Positions 37,998-47,475 of a stretch of DNA of 64,000 bases are shown one piece after another (the stretch's first letter is position 1; each line of letters opens with the position of its first letter). The notes below the pieces were generated by a model. The model ran no database searches, was not told the origin of the DNA, and saw only the letters and a list, made by a program, of their open reading frames with translations. The translations under genes and the position numbers were made by a program. The DNA is from an uncultured bacterium (GTDB lineage: Bacteria > Acidobacteriota > Thermoanaerobaculia > Multivoradales > JAHZIX01): assembly GCA_965368975.1 (NCBI GenBank), contig CBDUPA010000002.1:288001-352000 (forward strand), given 5' to 3'.

Positions 37998-39098
37998 TTG
38001 AGCACTCCGAGCGCATCCTCCCGTGGCGTCACAGCTCGGGCGTGGTGCCGCGTAGACCTGGCCGGCGGCACCCTCGACATCTGGCCCCTGGGTCAGCTCG
38101 TCACCGGGGCACGCACTCTGAGTGTCGCCATCAGCCTGCCGGTGAGCGTGACAGCCCGCTTGGCCGAAAACGGGCCGGCTGCAGTCAGCAGACCCACTGC
38201 GGCCTTCAGCGTGCACATGGCCGACGCCGACACCGTGCACGCGGCCAGCTGGGAACAGTTGAAGGCCAACCCCAAGACGGCGCTCGTCGGCGTCATCGCC
38301 GAAGCCCTCGAAATACCCCCGGTGCGGTTGCACCTGGACAGCGCCTCACCACGCGGCGCCGGTCTGGGCGCCAGTTCGGCTCTGGCCGTTGCCCTGATCG
38401 CCGCGTGCCAGACCTTGCTCGCTCCCGCCGATCGAGCAGCGACTGCCGTAGAGGACGCCACGGCCCCCGACGCGATCCACCGCTACGCCGCCATGGCCCG
38501 GGACCTCGAAGCGCGCCTCATGAGGCTGCCGACGGGCACCCAGGACCATTACGCGGCGCTGCTCGGCGGTGTCGTCGAACTGACTTACCCGGCAGGCGGT
38601 CTCAGCAGCACCGGTGCTGCGTCCGCGATCCAGCGCCTGGACGTCGACCTCGACGCGCTGGGCGACAGCCTGATCGTGGTCTACAGCGGCCAGAGTCACA
38701 TCTCCGCCGACACGAACTGGCAAGTGATCCGCCGCTTCCTCGACGGCGAAGCGGACACCGTCGCCTGTTTCGACGGTATCGCCGCCGCCGCTGGCGATCT
38801 GCACTCAGCACTCCTGGCCGGCGACCTCGAAGGCGTCGGCGCGTGCATGGCCCGTGAGTGGCACCACCGCAGCCGCCTGGCGCCCGGGGTCTCGACGCCC
38901 AAGCTCGAAGCCCTGCTCCAGGCAGCACGCGACCATGGCGCCTGGGGGGGGAAGGCATGCGGAGCCGGTGGCGGTGGCTGCCTCGCGGTGCTCTGTCCTC
39001 CCGAACGGCGGGACGACGTGACGCAGGCTATGGCCACTCTGGGTGGCCAGCTGCTCGAGGCGCGCCCCGTTGCCGAGGGCTTGCGGCTGAAGGCCTGA
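37998..39098 (+). CDS. GHMP-family sugar kinase (HddA-like)
   Basis: RVDLAGGTLD, PRGAGLGASSA, GTQDHY and GGKACGAGGGG motifs. TTG 37998 inferred as start; the upstream part of ORF 37533 overlaps the M23 gene and is not counted. Confidence 0.82.
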   Translation: MSTPSASSRGVTARAWCRVDLAGGTLDIWPLGQLVTGARTLSVAISLPVSVTARLAENGPAAVSRPTAAFSVHMADADTVHAASWEQLKANPKTALVGVIAEALEIPPVRLHLDSASPRGAGLGASSALAVALIAACQTLLAPADRAATAVEDATAPDAIHRYAAMARDLEARLMRLPTGTQDHYAALLGGVVELTYPAGGLSSTGAASAIQRLDVDLDALGDSLIVVYSGQSHISADTNWQVIRRFLDGEADTVACFDGIAAAAGDLHSALLAGDLEGVGACMAREWHHRSRLAPGVSTPKLEALLQAARDHGAWGGKACGAGGGGCLAVLCPPERRDDVTQAMATLGGQLLEARPVAEGLRLKA

Positions 39099-39255
39099 AC
39101 AGACCGAGTTGAACGTCCTCTCCAGGTGACACTTTCTCGCCCCTCGGCCGCCTGATCCCCGGTTCTGCGGCGCTTTCCGAGGCTGGCATCCAGCTTGCTC
39201 TACTTCTTGCTGCTGAACAGCTAAGCTGTTGCCGATGCCTTGGAGAGGAGACACC

Positions 39256-40542
39256 ATGCAAAGATTCACCTTCAGCGTCGCCGGCCTGATCGTTCTGCTG
39301 CTGGCCAGCGGCGGCTGCGACCTCGATACCAGCGCCGCAACCAAGGCGCGCCCGAAGAGCGTCGAGGAGACTCTCCGCGACCTCGAGCAGCGCGAACAGC
39401 GCGTGCGCGATCGCGAAGTCGAACTGGCCGAGCAGAGCGAAGTCCTGGACTCCCGCGAAGCCAACCTACAAGCCCGCGAGCAGGGCGTCGTCGGCACCGA
39501 GAGCGACGTCGACGAACGCGCGCAGCAGCTGACGGCCCAAGTCGAGACCCTGGAGAGTCAGCTAGCGGCTCTGCAGCAACGAGAGAACGAGCTGGCGCGG
39601 GAACTGGAAGAAGCCGACGCACGCGCCCGTGAGCTGCAAACGCGCCAGGCGAGGCTCGACGAAGTCGATCAGTTGCTGCGCCAGCGCGAGAGCCGGCTCA
39701 CCGAGCGCGAAGACAAGGCCGCGCAGCGCGCCAGACAGCTCGACACCAGCGCAACGCAGCTGCGCCAACGCGAGCAGCGGGTGCACCAAGACGAAGCACA
39801 GCTACAGCAACGTCAGGCCACCCTGGACACGCAAGCTGCCCAGGTCCAGGACGAACGCCGACAGCTGGAGCGCGACGCGGCAGAGCTGGAGGCACAGCGT
39901 CAACGGCTGGCGCGCAGCGGGACCCTACCGCCCTATCAAGACCGCAACGAGCCGACCATTCCGCGGCGCACCGACGATCCGCGACGGCAGACACCTCCAC
40001 CGGTCAGTGGCGAGGCTCGTCCGATTGACGTTCGCCTACCCGCGGGGACGGAGTTGCAGGTCGAGTTTCTCGCATCCCTGAGCAGTGCCAGACAGCGCAG
40101 CGGCCAGACGTTTCGTACCCGGGTGTTCGAAGACCTCTATATCGACAACCGCCTGGCCATACCCGCCGGCTCCGAAGTCCTCGGCCTGGTGCATGGTGTG
40201 ACCGCTCTGCGCGATCGCGACGGCCGAGCGTGCCTCGAACTGCGCTTCACCCACCTGGTCCCCCGTGGCGGCACCTCCATCCCGATCCACGCCGAGTGGG
40301 TGGAAACGAGCAGCGACCGCAGCGGCCGCGACGCTGCCACCATCGGAGCCGCGACCCTGGGCGGCGCCTTGCTCGGCCGCATCCTTGATCGCGGCGGTGA
40401 CGGCGGCACCATCGTCGGCGCCATCCTGGGGGCCGCCACCGGCGCGGTGATCACCGGCAACCGCGGTGAAGAAGCCACCATCGACCAGGGCACCGTCATC
40501 CGGATGCGGCTGGAAGAGTCGGTCCGGGTGTCCAGCCGCTAG
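39256..40542 (+). CDS. Putative lipoprotein with long coiled coil and C-terminal beta-rich/glycine-zipper region
   Basis: Signal peptide ending ASGGC; E/Q/R-rich heptads; LPAGT.L...LSS...IPAGS.V.G; GAATLGGALLG...GAILGAATG. Confidence 0.7.
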   Translation: MQRFTFSVAGLIVLLLASGGCDLDTSAATKARPKSVEETLRDLEQREQRVRDREVELAEQSEVLDSREANLQAREQGVVGTESDVDERAQQLTAQVETLESQLAALQQRENELARELEEADARARELQTRQARLDEVDQLLRQRESRLTEREDKAAQRARQLDTSATQLRQREQRVHQDEAQLQQRQATLDTQAAQVQDERRQLERDAAELEAQRQRLARSGTLPPYQDRNEPTIPRRTDDPRRQTPPPVSGEARPIDVRLPAGTELQVEFLASLSSARQRSGQTFRTRVFEDLYIDNRLAIPAGSEVLGLVHGVTALRDRDGRACLELRFTHLVPRGGTSIPIHAEWVETSSDRSGRDAATIGAATLGGALLGRILDRGGDGGTIVGAILGAATGAVITGNRGEEATIDQGTVIRMRLEESVRVSSR

Positions 40543-40603
40543 AGCCGATCAGCAAGCATAGTACCCCTGGTCAGATTCGTGTCTCTTCGGTAGGCTGAAA
40601 GGG

Positions 40604-42823
40604 ATGAATACTCGACTTTCTCTCACCCTCTCCCTCACCCTCCTCACGCTCAGCTCGGCGCCCGCGACGGCCGAAGGTACAGCCGCAACTACCTGGACAC
40701 CGCTCTCGATCCAGCTGGAGGCCGAACTCGATCCCGCGGCAGGTTCCCTGCAGGCCAAAGCCCACCTCGACTTCCGGGCCGGCAGCGAGGCCCTTCGCCT
40801 GGCCCTGCATCCCGCGCTGACCCTCGACTCGGTGGTAGAGCTTGGCACTTCGCGCCAGCTCGAGGTCCTGCAGGTCGAGGCTGGCAACCTGGAAGAAGCT
40901 CCGCTCCAGCCGGCAGTCTACGAGCTGGTCGAGCTGACGGAGCTCCGCGGCGGCGTTCTGCTCGAGGTCCGCTACCACGGCACCCTGCGCCAAGACATCA
41001 CAGCCGGTGAGCAGCCCGGGCAGATTCACAACTTCCAGATGCAGGCCCACATCGGCACCGAAGGCGTCTACCTCGAGGCCGACGCCTACTGGCATCCGCG
41101 CCTGCCTCCCGCCGCCGACAACACCCCGGCTCCGTTGGTCACGCACGAACTGGTCGTCGAGGCACCGTCCGACCTCGTGCTGGTGGCCAGCGGCGAACGC
41201 TCAGAGACGAACTCCACCCATTGGACCACCCCTCTGCCCCTCCCCGGCCTGACCCTGGTCGGCGGCCAGCACCGCGTGTGGCAGCGGCAGGTTGGCGATG
41301 TGCTCGTGCGGGCCCATCTGAGCGAGGACTCCGCGGCTTTCGCCGAACCCTTGCTCCAGGCTACCGAGCACTACCTCGGCCTCTTCCAGCCCCGCCTCGG
41401 CGCCTACCCCTACCGTGAGTTCACCATCGTCGAGAACTTCTTCAGCTCCGGCTTCGCCTTCCCCGGCTTCACGCTACTGGCCAAGGAAGTGATCCGCATG
41501 GGCGAGAGCAGCCTGCGCCCCGGCTACCTCGACCACGAGCTGCTGCACAGCTGGTGGGGCAACGGCGTCTACGTCTCCCCCGAAGACGGCAACTGGTGCG
41601 AAGCGCTCGCGACCTTCTGCGGCAACTACATGCGTCCCGTGCTGGAGGGCCACGATGCGGACGGCCGCAAGTTCCGCCGTGACGTGACCGAAAGCGTCAG
41701 CCGACTCGACGACGACCGCCTGCATCCGCTAGGTGACTTTCAGCTCGAAGGTGCCCCCGAAGAGGTGAGTCGCTTCCAGGGTTACCAGGGGGGCGCCATG
41801 GTGTTCCACGAGCTACAGCGCCAGCTGGGCCAGGAGGCCATGTGGAACGGCCTGCGTCGCTTCTACACCGAGCACAAGGGCCAACACGCTGGCTGGGCGG
41901 AACTACAAGCCGCCTTCGAAGCCGAAAGTGGTCGCGATCTGGACGCTTTCTTCCACTACTGGCTGCGAGGCGACCAGGTACCCGAGATCGCGGTCACTGC
42001 AGCCCGGACGGTGGAGACGGGCATCGAGCTGGAAGTCCACGCCGACTTCGGCAGCTCGGACAGCGAGATGACCTCCCTGGGCTCCACCCTACCGCTGAAG
42101 CTCAAAGCCGCCGACGGCATCACCATCGCCGAGCGCGACATCGCGGTCCAGCAGGGTACCCACACCGTTCGATGGAACCTGCCCGCCGAGGTGACGACCC
42201 AGCCGCTGACGGTCGAAGTCGACCCCGACTTCCTCACCCTTCGCCGCCTGCCACCGCAGCTCCTCATGCCCACCCTCTCCGCCGTCGGCCTGCCGCAGGG
42301 CTTGACGCTGGTGCAGTCGAGCGAAGAGTCCGAAGCCGCGAAGGCAGCCTATGCCCCCGTCGTCGAGGCGTTCGAGCGTCGGTACACGCGATCCCCGGAC
42401 GACCTGCGTCAAGTTGATGCCGCGAACCTGCAGAAGAGTCTGGGCGAAGGCGATTATCTGATCCTCGGCCGAGCCACGCAGCAGCCAGCCGTGCAAGCCG
42501 TGCTCGAGAACTCACCGGTCAAGGTCACAGCCGGCGGCTTCCAGCTCGACGGCACTAGCTACACCGGCCCGGCGGATGCTCTGCTGGCCTGCCTGCGCAA
42601 TCCGAACGATCCGGAGGGCGTCGTGTGCCTCTACAGCGGCAACCGTCCCGAAGCGTTGGAGCGGGCCCACCTGCTGCCGTTCTACGGCGGTAATAGCTTG
42701 ATCGTGTTCCAGAGCGGCAGCCCCGTCGAGCGTCGGGACTTCGAAGGGGTAGAGCGGGTGGCAACTTTGCGTTCTTGTAGGAGCTATGATCCAGCCTCTT
42801 TGGATTCTCCGGATCAAAACTAG
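40604..42823 (+). CDS. Secreted M1-family (gluzincin) aminopeptidase
   Basis: HELLHSWWGN plus NWCEAL (HExxH..E); signal peptide. Confidence 0.88.
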   Translation: MNTRLSLTLSLTLLTLSSAPATAEGTAATTWTPLSIQLEAELDPAAGSLQAKAHLDFRAGSEALRLALHPALTLDSVVELGTSRQLEVLQVEAGNLEEAPLQPAVYELVELTELRGGVLLEVRYHGTLRQDITAGEQPGQIHNFQMQAHIGTEGVYLEADAYWHPRLPPAADNTPAPLVTHELVVEAPSDLVLVASGERSETNSTHWTTPLPLPGLTLVGGQHRVWQRQVGDVLVRAHLSEDSAAFAEPLLQATEHYLGLFQPRLGAYPYREFTIVENFFSSGFAFPGFTLLAKEVIRMGESSLRPGYLDHELLHSWWGNGVYVSPEDGNWCEALATFCGNYMRPVLEGHDADGRKFRRDVTESVSRLDDDRLHPLGDFQLEGAPEEVSRFQGYQGGAMVFHELQRQLGQEAMWNGLRRFYTEHKGQHAGWAELQAAFEAESGRDLDAFFHYWLRGDQVPEIAVTAARTVETGIELEVHADFGSSDSEMTSLGSTLPLKLKAADGITIAERDIAVQQGTHTVRWNLPAEVTTQPLTVEVDPDFLTLRRLPPQLLMPTLSAVGLPQGLTLVQSSEESEAAKAAYAPVVEAFERRYTRSPDDLRQVDAANLQKSLGEGDYLILGRATQQPAVQAVLENSPVKVTAGGFQLDGTSYTGPADALLACLRNPNDPEGVVCLYSGNRPEALERAHLLPFYGGNSLIVFQSGSPVERRDFEGVERVATLRSCRSYDPASLDSPDQN

Positions 42824-43023
42824 GGTCTAAGGCCAAGAGCAGTTCTCTGAGGTATGGACTCGACCTACTAAGCTCAACCCTTGACACGCATTAAAGCCGG
42901 TGCGTGCCTTAGGGAGCAAACATGCGCCAGCACACATCAAGTAAAGACACTATACTCTTGCAGGCTGCGCCAGTTCACCGAGCGATCAGCCAGCACCCAA
43001 CTCAGTAAGAGACTGGAGGCCCT

Positions 43024-44349
43024 GTGATCTTGATGCCAGATCCATCTCTATTGACTACGAGTGATAGTCGAAGTTTCATCGATGCCCTACCAGACTGGTT
43101 TGGTTGGGCCCTCTTGGGGATCTTTGCTACCTGTGTCTTCATTTTCGGCTACGCATACCGAAGCGTTCGGACCGGGCAAGAAGGGTCCTCAGAGCCACCA
43201 AGAGTAGTCGTCATCCCTCGCGATCATTACGACTTATCCAGGCTCGCACTTTCTGCCTTATTGTTAGCAGTCAGCGCTGTGGCAACCATCGTTCTTCCTT
43301 TTACCTTCTACGACTCCCAGACTAAACGGGATCAGGAAGCTCTCCGAATCTCTAAGCTAGAACTCGCCCTTCCACTTCTTGCCGAGCAAGACCCCAGCGC
43401 AGTGAGGACTGGCCTACTGACTCTTGATCGTTTGGGAGATACGCAAAGGGCCCTCGAATTTGCAAGAAGCTCTAACAACCGTGGGGTAATATCCGGCCTT
43501 GTTCAAATCATCTCCGACCAGAATCGACAGCCATCTCTCAGGGACTTCAAGTGCGACCGAGCCTTAAACCCAAGCACCGAAGCCCGAATACTGGAGACAA
43601 TTAGAAGAGGTATGCAGACCAGGTGGGCCTCTGCAATTGCAGAAATCACCTACCGAAATTACCAGAATATCCCCGCACTGAACAATACTACCTCAACAGG
43701 CCTTTTGTTAAGCCAGGAGCTTACGAACAAGGCGTCTTCCACAACTTCGAACCAACCTATGCTTCTTTTTGATCCTGAGTTAAGAACCCGAAAGGACTTG
43801 TGCCCCGAGGAAGAGAAACAGGAAGAGGAGGAAGAGAAACAGGAAGAGAACGAGGAAGAGAACGAGGAAGAGAACGAGGAAGAGAACGAGGAAGAGAACG
43901 AGGAAGAGAGCAAGCCTAGTCTGGAGTTCATCACTCTTTCTGGCATCTCAGGCAGCGTTGAGTTCTGCTGTGAATGTCAAGCACCAGTCCATTTTGGCAA
44001 CTCTGAAGTGGACGAGCAACAATGGAAAATTGTACGACCAGGGGTAAACCTAGGAGATCATGTGATCGGAATCTCCAGAAACAGAAGTGCGCCCGTGCTC
44101 CGCGAGGACGGAGACGCAGAGTGCTTGCTCACCGCGATTCCTGGCCGAATAATCAGAGTAAATGACCAAATCGTGGAAGTGAAGTTCCTCAAGCAGACCT
44201 TCCCGCCGGATTTCATATTCTCAGAGTATGGATACTTCCTAGGGTATCGGACAATAGAACGGGCTCCGCCTGGAAGCGAGTTAGTAAGACTTACAGCTAT
44301 CTACACATCCGTTACACGACAGGATGTGACTATCAAAGAAGGATGGTGA
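43024..44349 (+). CDS. Hypothetical lower-GC membrane protein with acidic repeat
   Basis: Two N-terminal TM segments; GGAGG RBS; EEEN repeats. Confidence 0.7.
   Translation: MILMPDPSLLTTSDSRSFIDALPDWFGWALLGIFATCVFIFGYAYRSVRTGQEGSSEPPRVVVIPRDHYDLSRLALSALLLAVSAVATIVLPFTFYDSQTKRDQEALRISKLELALPLLAEQDPSAVRTGLLTLDRLGDTQRALEFARSSNNRGVISGLVQIISDQNRQPSLRDFKCDRALNPSTEARILETIRRGMQTRWASAIAEITYRNYQNIPALNNTTSTGLLLSQELTNKASSTTSNQPMLLFDPELRTRKDLCPEEEKQEEEEEKQEENEEENEEENEEENEEENEEESKPSLEFITLSGISGSVEFCCECQAPVHFGNSEVDEQQWKIVRPGVNLGDHVIGISRNRSAPVLREDGDAECLLTAIPGRIIRVNDQIVEVKFLKQTFPPDFIFSEYGYFLGYRTIERAPPGSELVRLTAIYTSVTRQDVTIKEGW
43807..43910 (+). repeat. 12-bp tandem repeat GAGGAAGAGAAC encoding EEEN/EEKQ
   Basis: Seen directly. 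Confidence 0.95.
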
Positions 44350-44352
44350 AGG

Positions 44353-44631
44353 ATGAGAGGCCTAATAACCGAAAACAGGATAATCCCAACATGCGTCAAT
44401 GCCACAGATGTGCTAGTTTTTGCTGGGGTCCTGATTTTCATCGTCCTAGGGCTGTTTCCCAGCCTAATCGAAGAGGATGTACCCGAGACTCAGCCACCAG
44501 TAGACTTCATGCTTCCGAGCTGCCTTGCCCAACAGGGCTATGCGCTTCGACATCTTGGACAAGAGCCGCAGATTGGCGGAACTATCAATCCAGCTACCTT
44601 GAGGTGCTCAGGTGCTCCAACCAACTGCTAG
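44353..44631 (+). CDS. Small exported peptide A (C-terminus GTINPATLRCSGAPTNC)
   Basis: Hydrophobic N-terminal segment. The C-terminus is conserved with 49750-50001 at the protein level, with many synonymous differences. Confidence 0.8.
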   Translation: MRGLITENRIIPTCVNATDVLVFAGVLIFIVLGLFPSLIEEDVPETQPPVDFMLPSCLAQQGYALRHLGQEPQIGGTINPATLRCSGAPTNC

Positions 44632-45886
44632 GATAAGAAGGCTAATCCCAAGGAGAAGCATCATTGTTCAAGTGACTCTCGTTTTCGGCCTTGGTGCCTG
44701 CGGCTGGGAAGGAGAGCGAGTAGAGTTGACCCCTCCACCTAGATGGGTTTCCAGCTTACACATAAATTCGACCGAGAGTTCTTTCCTGATTATTGTAGAT
44801 CCTACAGCTGAAGTAGAGGACGGCCTACTCTTCTATGACCACAGAGGCTCAAGTCTCCGCATGCAGCACCCGGCCAATGGAATGATGGTGGTTGCTATGC
44901 AAGCTTTCGGTTCTGGCGATATCTCAAGAGTTCCCGGCAGCGGGTACATCGCACAAACTGACGGACCCAAGTTCCTGCATTTTGATGACCAACTCAAGCT
45001 CAGGAGCGAAGTCTTCGATAAGACAACGCTCCTCATCAATGGAGCAGCTCAATGCAACTCAAGCATTGAGACGGAATCTAATTTCAAATTTGCAACAATC
45101 GGCATGCCTATAGCATGGCATTTTTCTGCTGAACGGTTGTTCCTCTTGGGAGATATCCAGGTGTTTGAAGGGCCTCCAGAAGACTCCGAGGGCTCATGGA
45201 TGTTTGGCCTACTAGAGATTGACAGATCTGCATCAAGGCCGTCATTCAATATCATCGGTAGCCTGCATTCGGTCGACGAATCCACCAGAGATCAGCATTT
45301 GGATCAATCCACCAGAGATCGGCATTTGTATGCTCGCTTTCCGGTCCTCACAGTTGTCAAGAATTATCTTTATTTCCTGCATTTAGAGGAGAACCCGACA
45401 ATCCTCAGATACAGAATCGGTAGCTGCGCAGAACCCAGGGTCATCCTAGCGCTCAGTGAAAGGCCATTCCAACTAACAGCTCCGAATGTACCTCGGAGGA
45501 TTTCTGGGCCAGATGTTGGCAGCGTTTTCAAAGCTCAGGAGATGTCGGATATGCCGATAGGCCTATTCAACTGGGAAGACCGGTTGGTCTTGGCATCACG
45601 GCGCAGAGCAGTCCCGGGTGCAACTACTGATTGGGAGTTACATCTGCTTAAGGGAGCACGCTCAAGCTCTCTTGAGCTGGATCGTTCACTTAAACTCACC
45701 CAAGTGAGTGCCTCCCACCTGATGATTGCTCCTGGAGACCCTGAGTGGGTATTTCTGGAGCAAGGCACTGTCGAGAGTCTGGGATTTCAGAATCAGGAAT
45801 CCATCTTAATACTTCCGAATTCAAGAATACAGCACTGCTTCCACAAGAGCGGAGACGGAGTCACTGCTGAGTGCCCGCCGGTCTAA
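44612..45886 (+). CDS. Exported beta-rich (propeller-like) protein A, unknown function; start uncertain
   Basis: Lipobox-like LGAC; motifs collinear with 50105-51235. Confidence 0.7.
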   Translation: MLQPTARIRRLIPRRSIIVQVTLVFGLGACGWEGERVELTPPPRWVSSLHINSTESSFLIIVDPTAEVEDGLLFYDHRGSSLRMQHPANGMMVVAMQAFGSGDISRVPGSGYIAQTDGPKFLHFDDQLKLRSEVFDKTTLLINGAAQCNSSIETESNFKFATIGMPIAWHFSAERLFLLGDIQVFEGPPEDSEGSWMFGLLEIDRSASRPSFNIIGSLHSVDESTRDQHLDQSTRDRHLYARFPVLTVVKNYLYFLHLEENPTILRYRIGSCAEPRVILALSERPFQLTAPNVPRRISGPDVGSVFKAQEMSDMPIGLFNWEDRLVLASRRRAVPGATTDWELHLLKGARSSSLELDRSLKLTQVSASHLMIAPGDPEWVFLEQGTVESLGFQNQESILILPNSRIQHCFHKSGDGVTAECPPV

Positions 45887-45894
45887 GAGGCAGC

Positions 45895-47304
45895 CTAGGT
45901 CCACCCGATCCACACCGCTACCACCAACGCGACGCACGCCACGATCCACGCCTTGACCAGGAACGGCAGCACAAAGCGCACCCAGCGGTCATAAGGAATA
46001 CGGGCGATCGACAAGATACCGACGAGCACCGCGTTGGTCGGCACCAGGATGTTGGTGAGACCGTCGCCGAACTGGTAGGCCAGCACCGACACCTGACGCG
46101 ACACGCCGACGAGATCCCCGATCGGTGCCATCAGCGGCACGGTCACGTACGCTTGACCGCTGCCGGAGGGGATGAAGAAGTTACACAGGCTTTGGAACAC
46201 CAGCATACCGACGGCGGCAAGCTCCGGACCCAGAGTCTCCAAGGTCGACGCAATGCTGTGGATGATCGTATCGACGACTTGACCCTCGTCCAGCACCAAC
46301 TCGATCGTGCGCGCAAAACCGATCAGGAGCGCGGTCGTCGTAAGTTCGGCGGCGCCGTGGCAGAAGTTCTTGGCGGTGCCATCGAAGCCGAGACGTCCGG
46401 CGAGGCCCAGGACGATCGAGAGGCCGAGGAAGAGAGCTCCCATCTCGACCAGGTACCAGCCCTGGCTGACCAGACCCCAGATCAACAAACCGACGGCGGC
46501 AACTGTGACGAACAGGGACAGCTTGTGCCGCCCGGTCAGGCTCGGGTGCTCGTTGGCGTCGACGGTGGCGGGTGGCTCGATGCCGGCGACCAGGGACTTC
46601 GACGGATCCGCCTTGACCTTGCTGGCATAGCTCCACACATGGTGAATGCCGATGGCCAGGAAGACGACGACCCAAGCGAGGCGGTATGGCATGCCGGAGC
46701 CTTGAGGCAGGCCAGCAATGTCCTGCGCGATGAAGATGGTGAAGGGGTTGATGATCGCCAGGCCGTAGCCAATGCCGTAGCCGATGCACATCACGCCAAC
46801 GGCGGTCACAGCGTCGAAGCCCAGGGCAACGCACAGCGCAACGAGCATGAGGACGAAGGGTATGTACTCCTCCGCCATGCCAATCGTGCTAGAGCCAACG
46901 GCGAAGAGCAGGATGCCGCCGGTGATCAACCAGAAGGGTCGATGACCGAGCCGGCGCAGCAGAGCGCCGATGGCGGCATCGGCAGCGCCGGTGGCGCGGA
47001 AGACACCGAACGCTCCGCCGACGATGAAGACGAAGAAGATGATGTTCTGCGCCGCCGCAAAGCCGGCCGGGATGGCGGTGAGCGGCGTCAGGGGGCTGAG
47101 CGTCGTGGGCTCTGCGGCGCGTTCGTAACTGCCCGCGACGACACGGTCGTGACCGTCGACCTCCTGGCGCTCGTACTGCCCCTGCGGCAGCAGGTAGGTG
47201 AGTACCAGCGCCAGCACGATCATGCCAAAGAGCAGCACTAGCGTATGGGGCACGCGGAAGCCTGAACTGGAAGGGGCGGAACCGCTCTTGGTAGTCTCAG
47301 CCAT
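45895..47304 (-). CDS. YfcC/DcuC-family transporter
   Basis: [33 protein letters not shown] and AYQFGDG motifs. Confidence 0.9.
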   Translation of the reverse strand: MAETTKSGSAPSSSGFRVPHTLVLLFGMIVLALVLTYLLPQGQYERQEVDGHDRVVAGSYERAAEPTTLSPLTPLTAIPAGFAAAQNIIFFVFIVGGAFGVFRATGAADAAIGALLRRLGHRPFWLITGGILLFAVGSSTIGMAEEYIPFVLMLVALCVALGFDAVTAVGVMCIGYGIGYGLAIINPFTIFIAQDIAGLPQGSGMPYRLAWVVVFLAIGIHHVWSYASKVKADPSKSLVAGIEPPATVDANEHPSLTGRHKLSLFVTVAAVGLLIWGLVSQGWYLVEMGALFLGLSIVLGLAGRLGFDGTAKNFCHGAAELTTTALLIGFARTIELVLDEGQVVDTIIHSIASTLETLGPELAAVGMLVFQSLCNFFIPSGSGQAYVTVPLMAPIGDLVGVSRQVSVLAYQFGDGLTNILVPTNAVLVGILSIARIPYDRWVRFVLPFLVKAWIVACVALVVAVWIGWT

Positions 47305-47475
47305 AGTCTTCTCCTAATATCTTCCTCGGTGTGGCGTACATCAAGCCGATGCGCGCCGAGTTAACCACATCTGACCCCGAGGCGACGAGAGCAGTCTTGA
47401 ACCGCTGTAAGACTCACGCTCCTCAACAGAACACTGGTGCTGGGTCGCATCGTCGTCTGACGCGCCATAGACACC

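Noticed and set aside
43807-43910. Short repeats as a CRISPR array (also 21727-21804, 62307-62346)
   Set aside because: Head-to-tail repeats with no unique spacers, and no cas genes.
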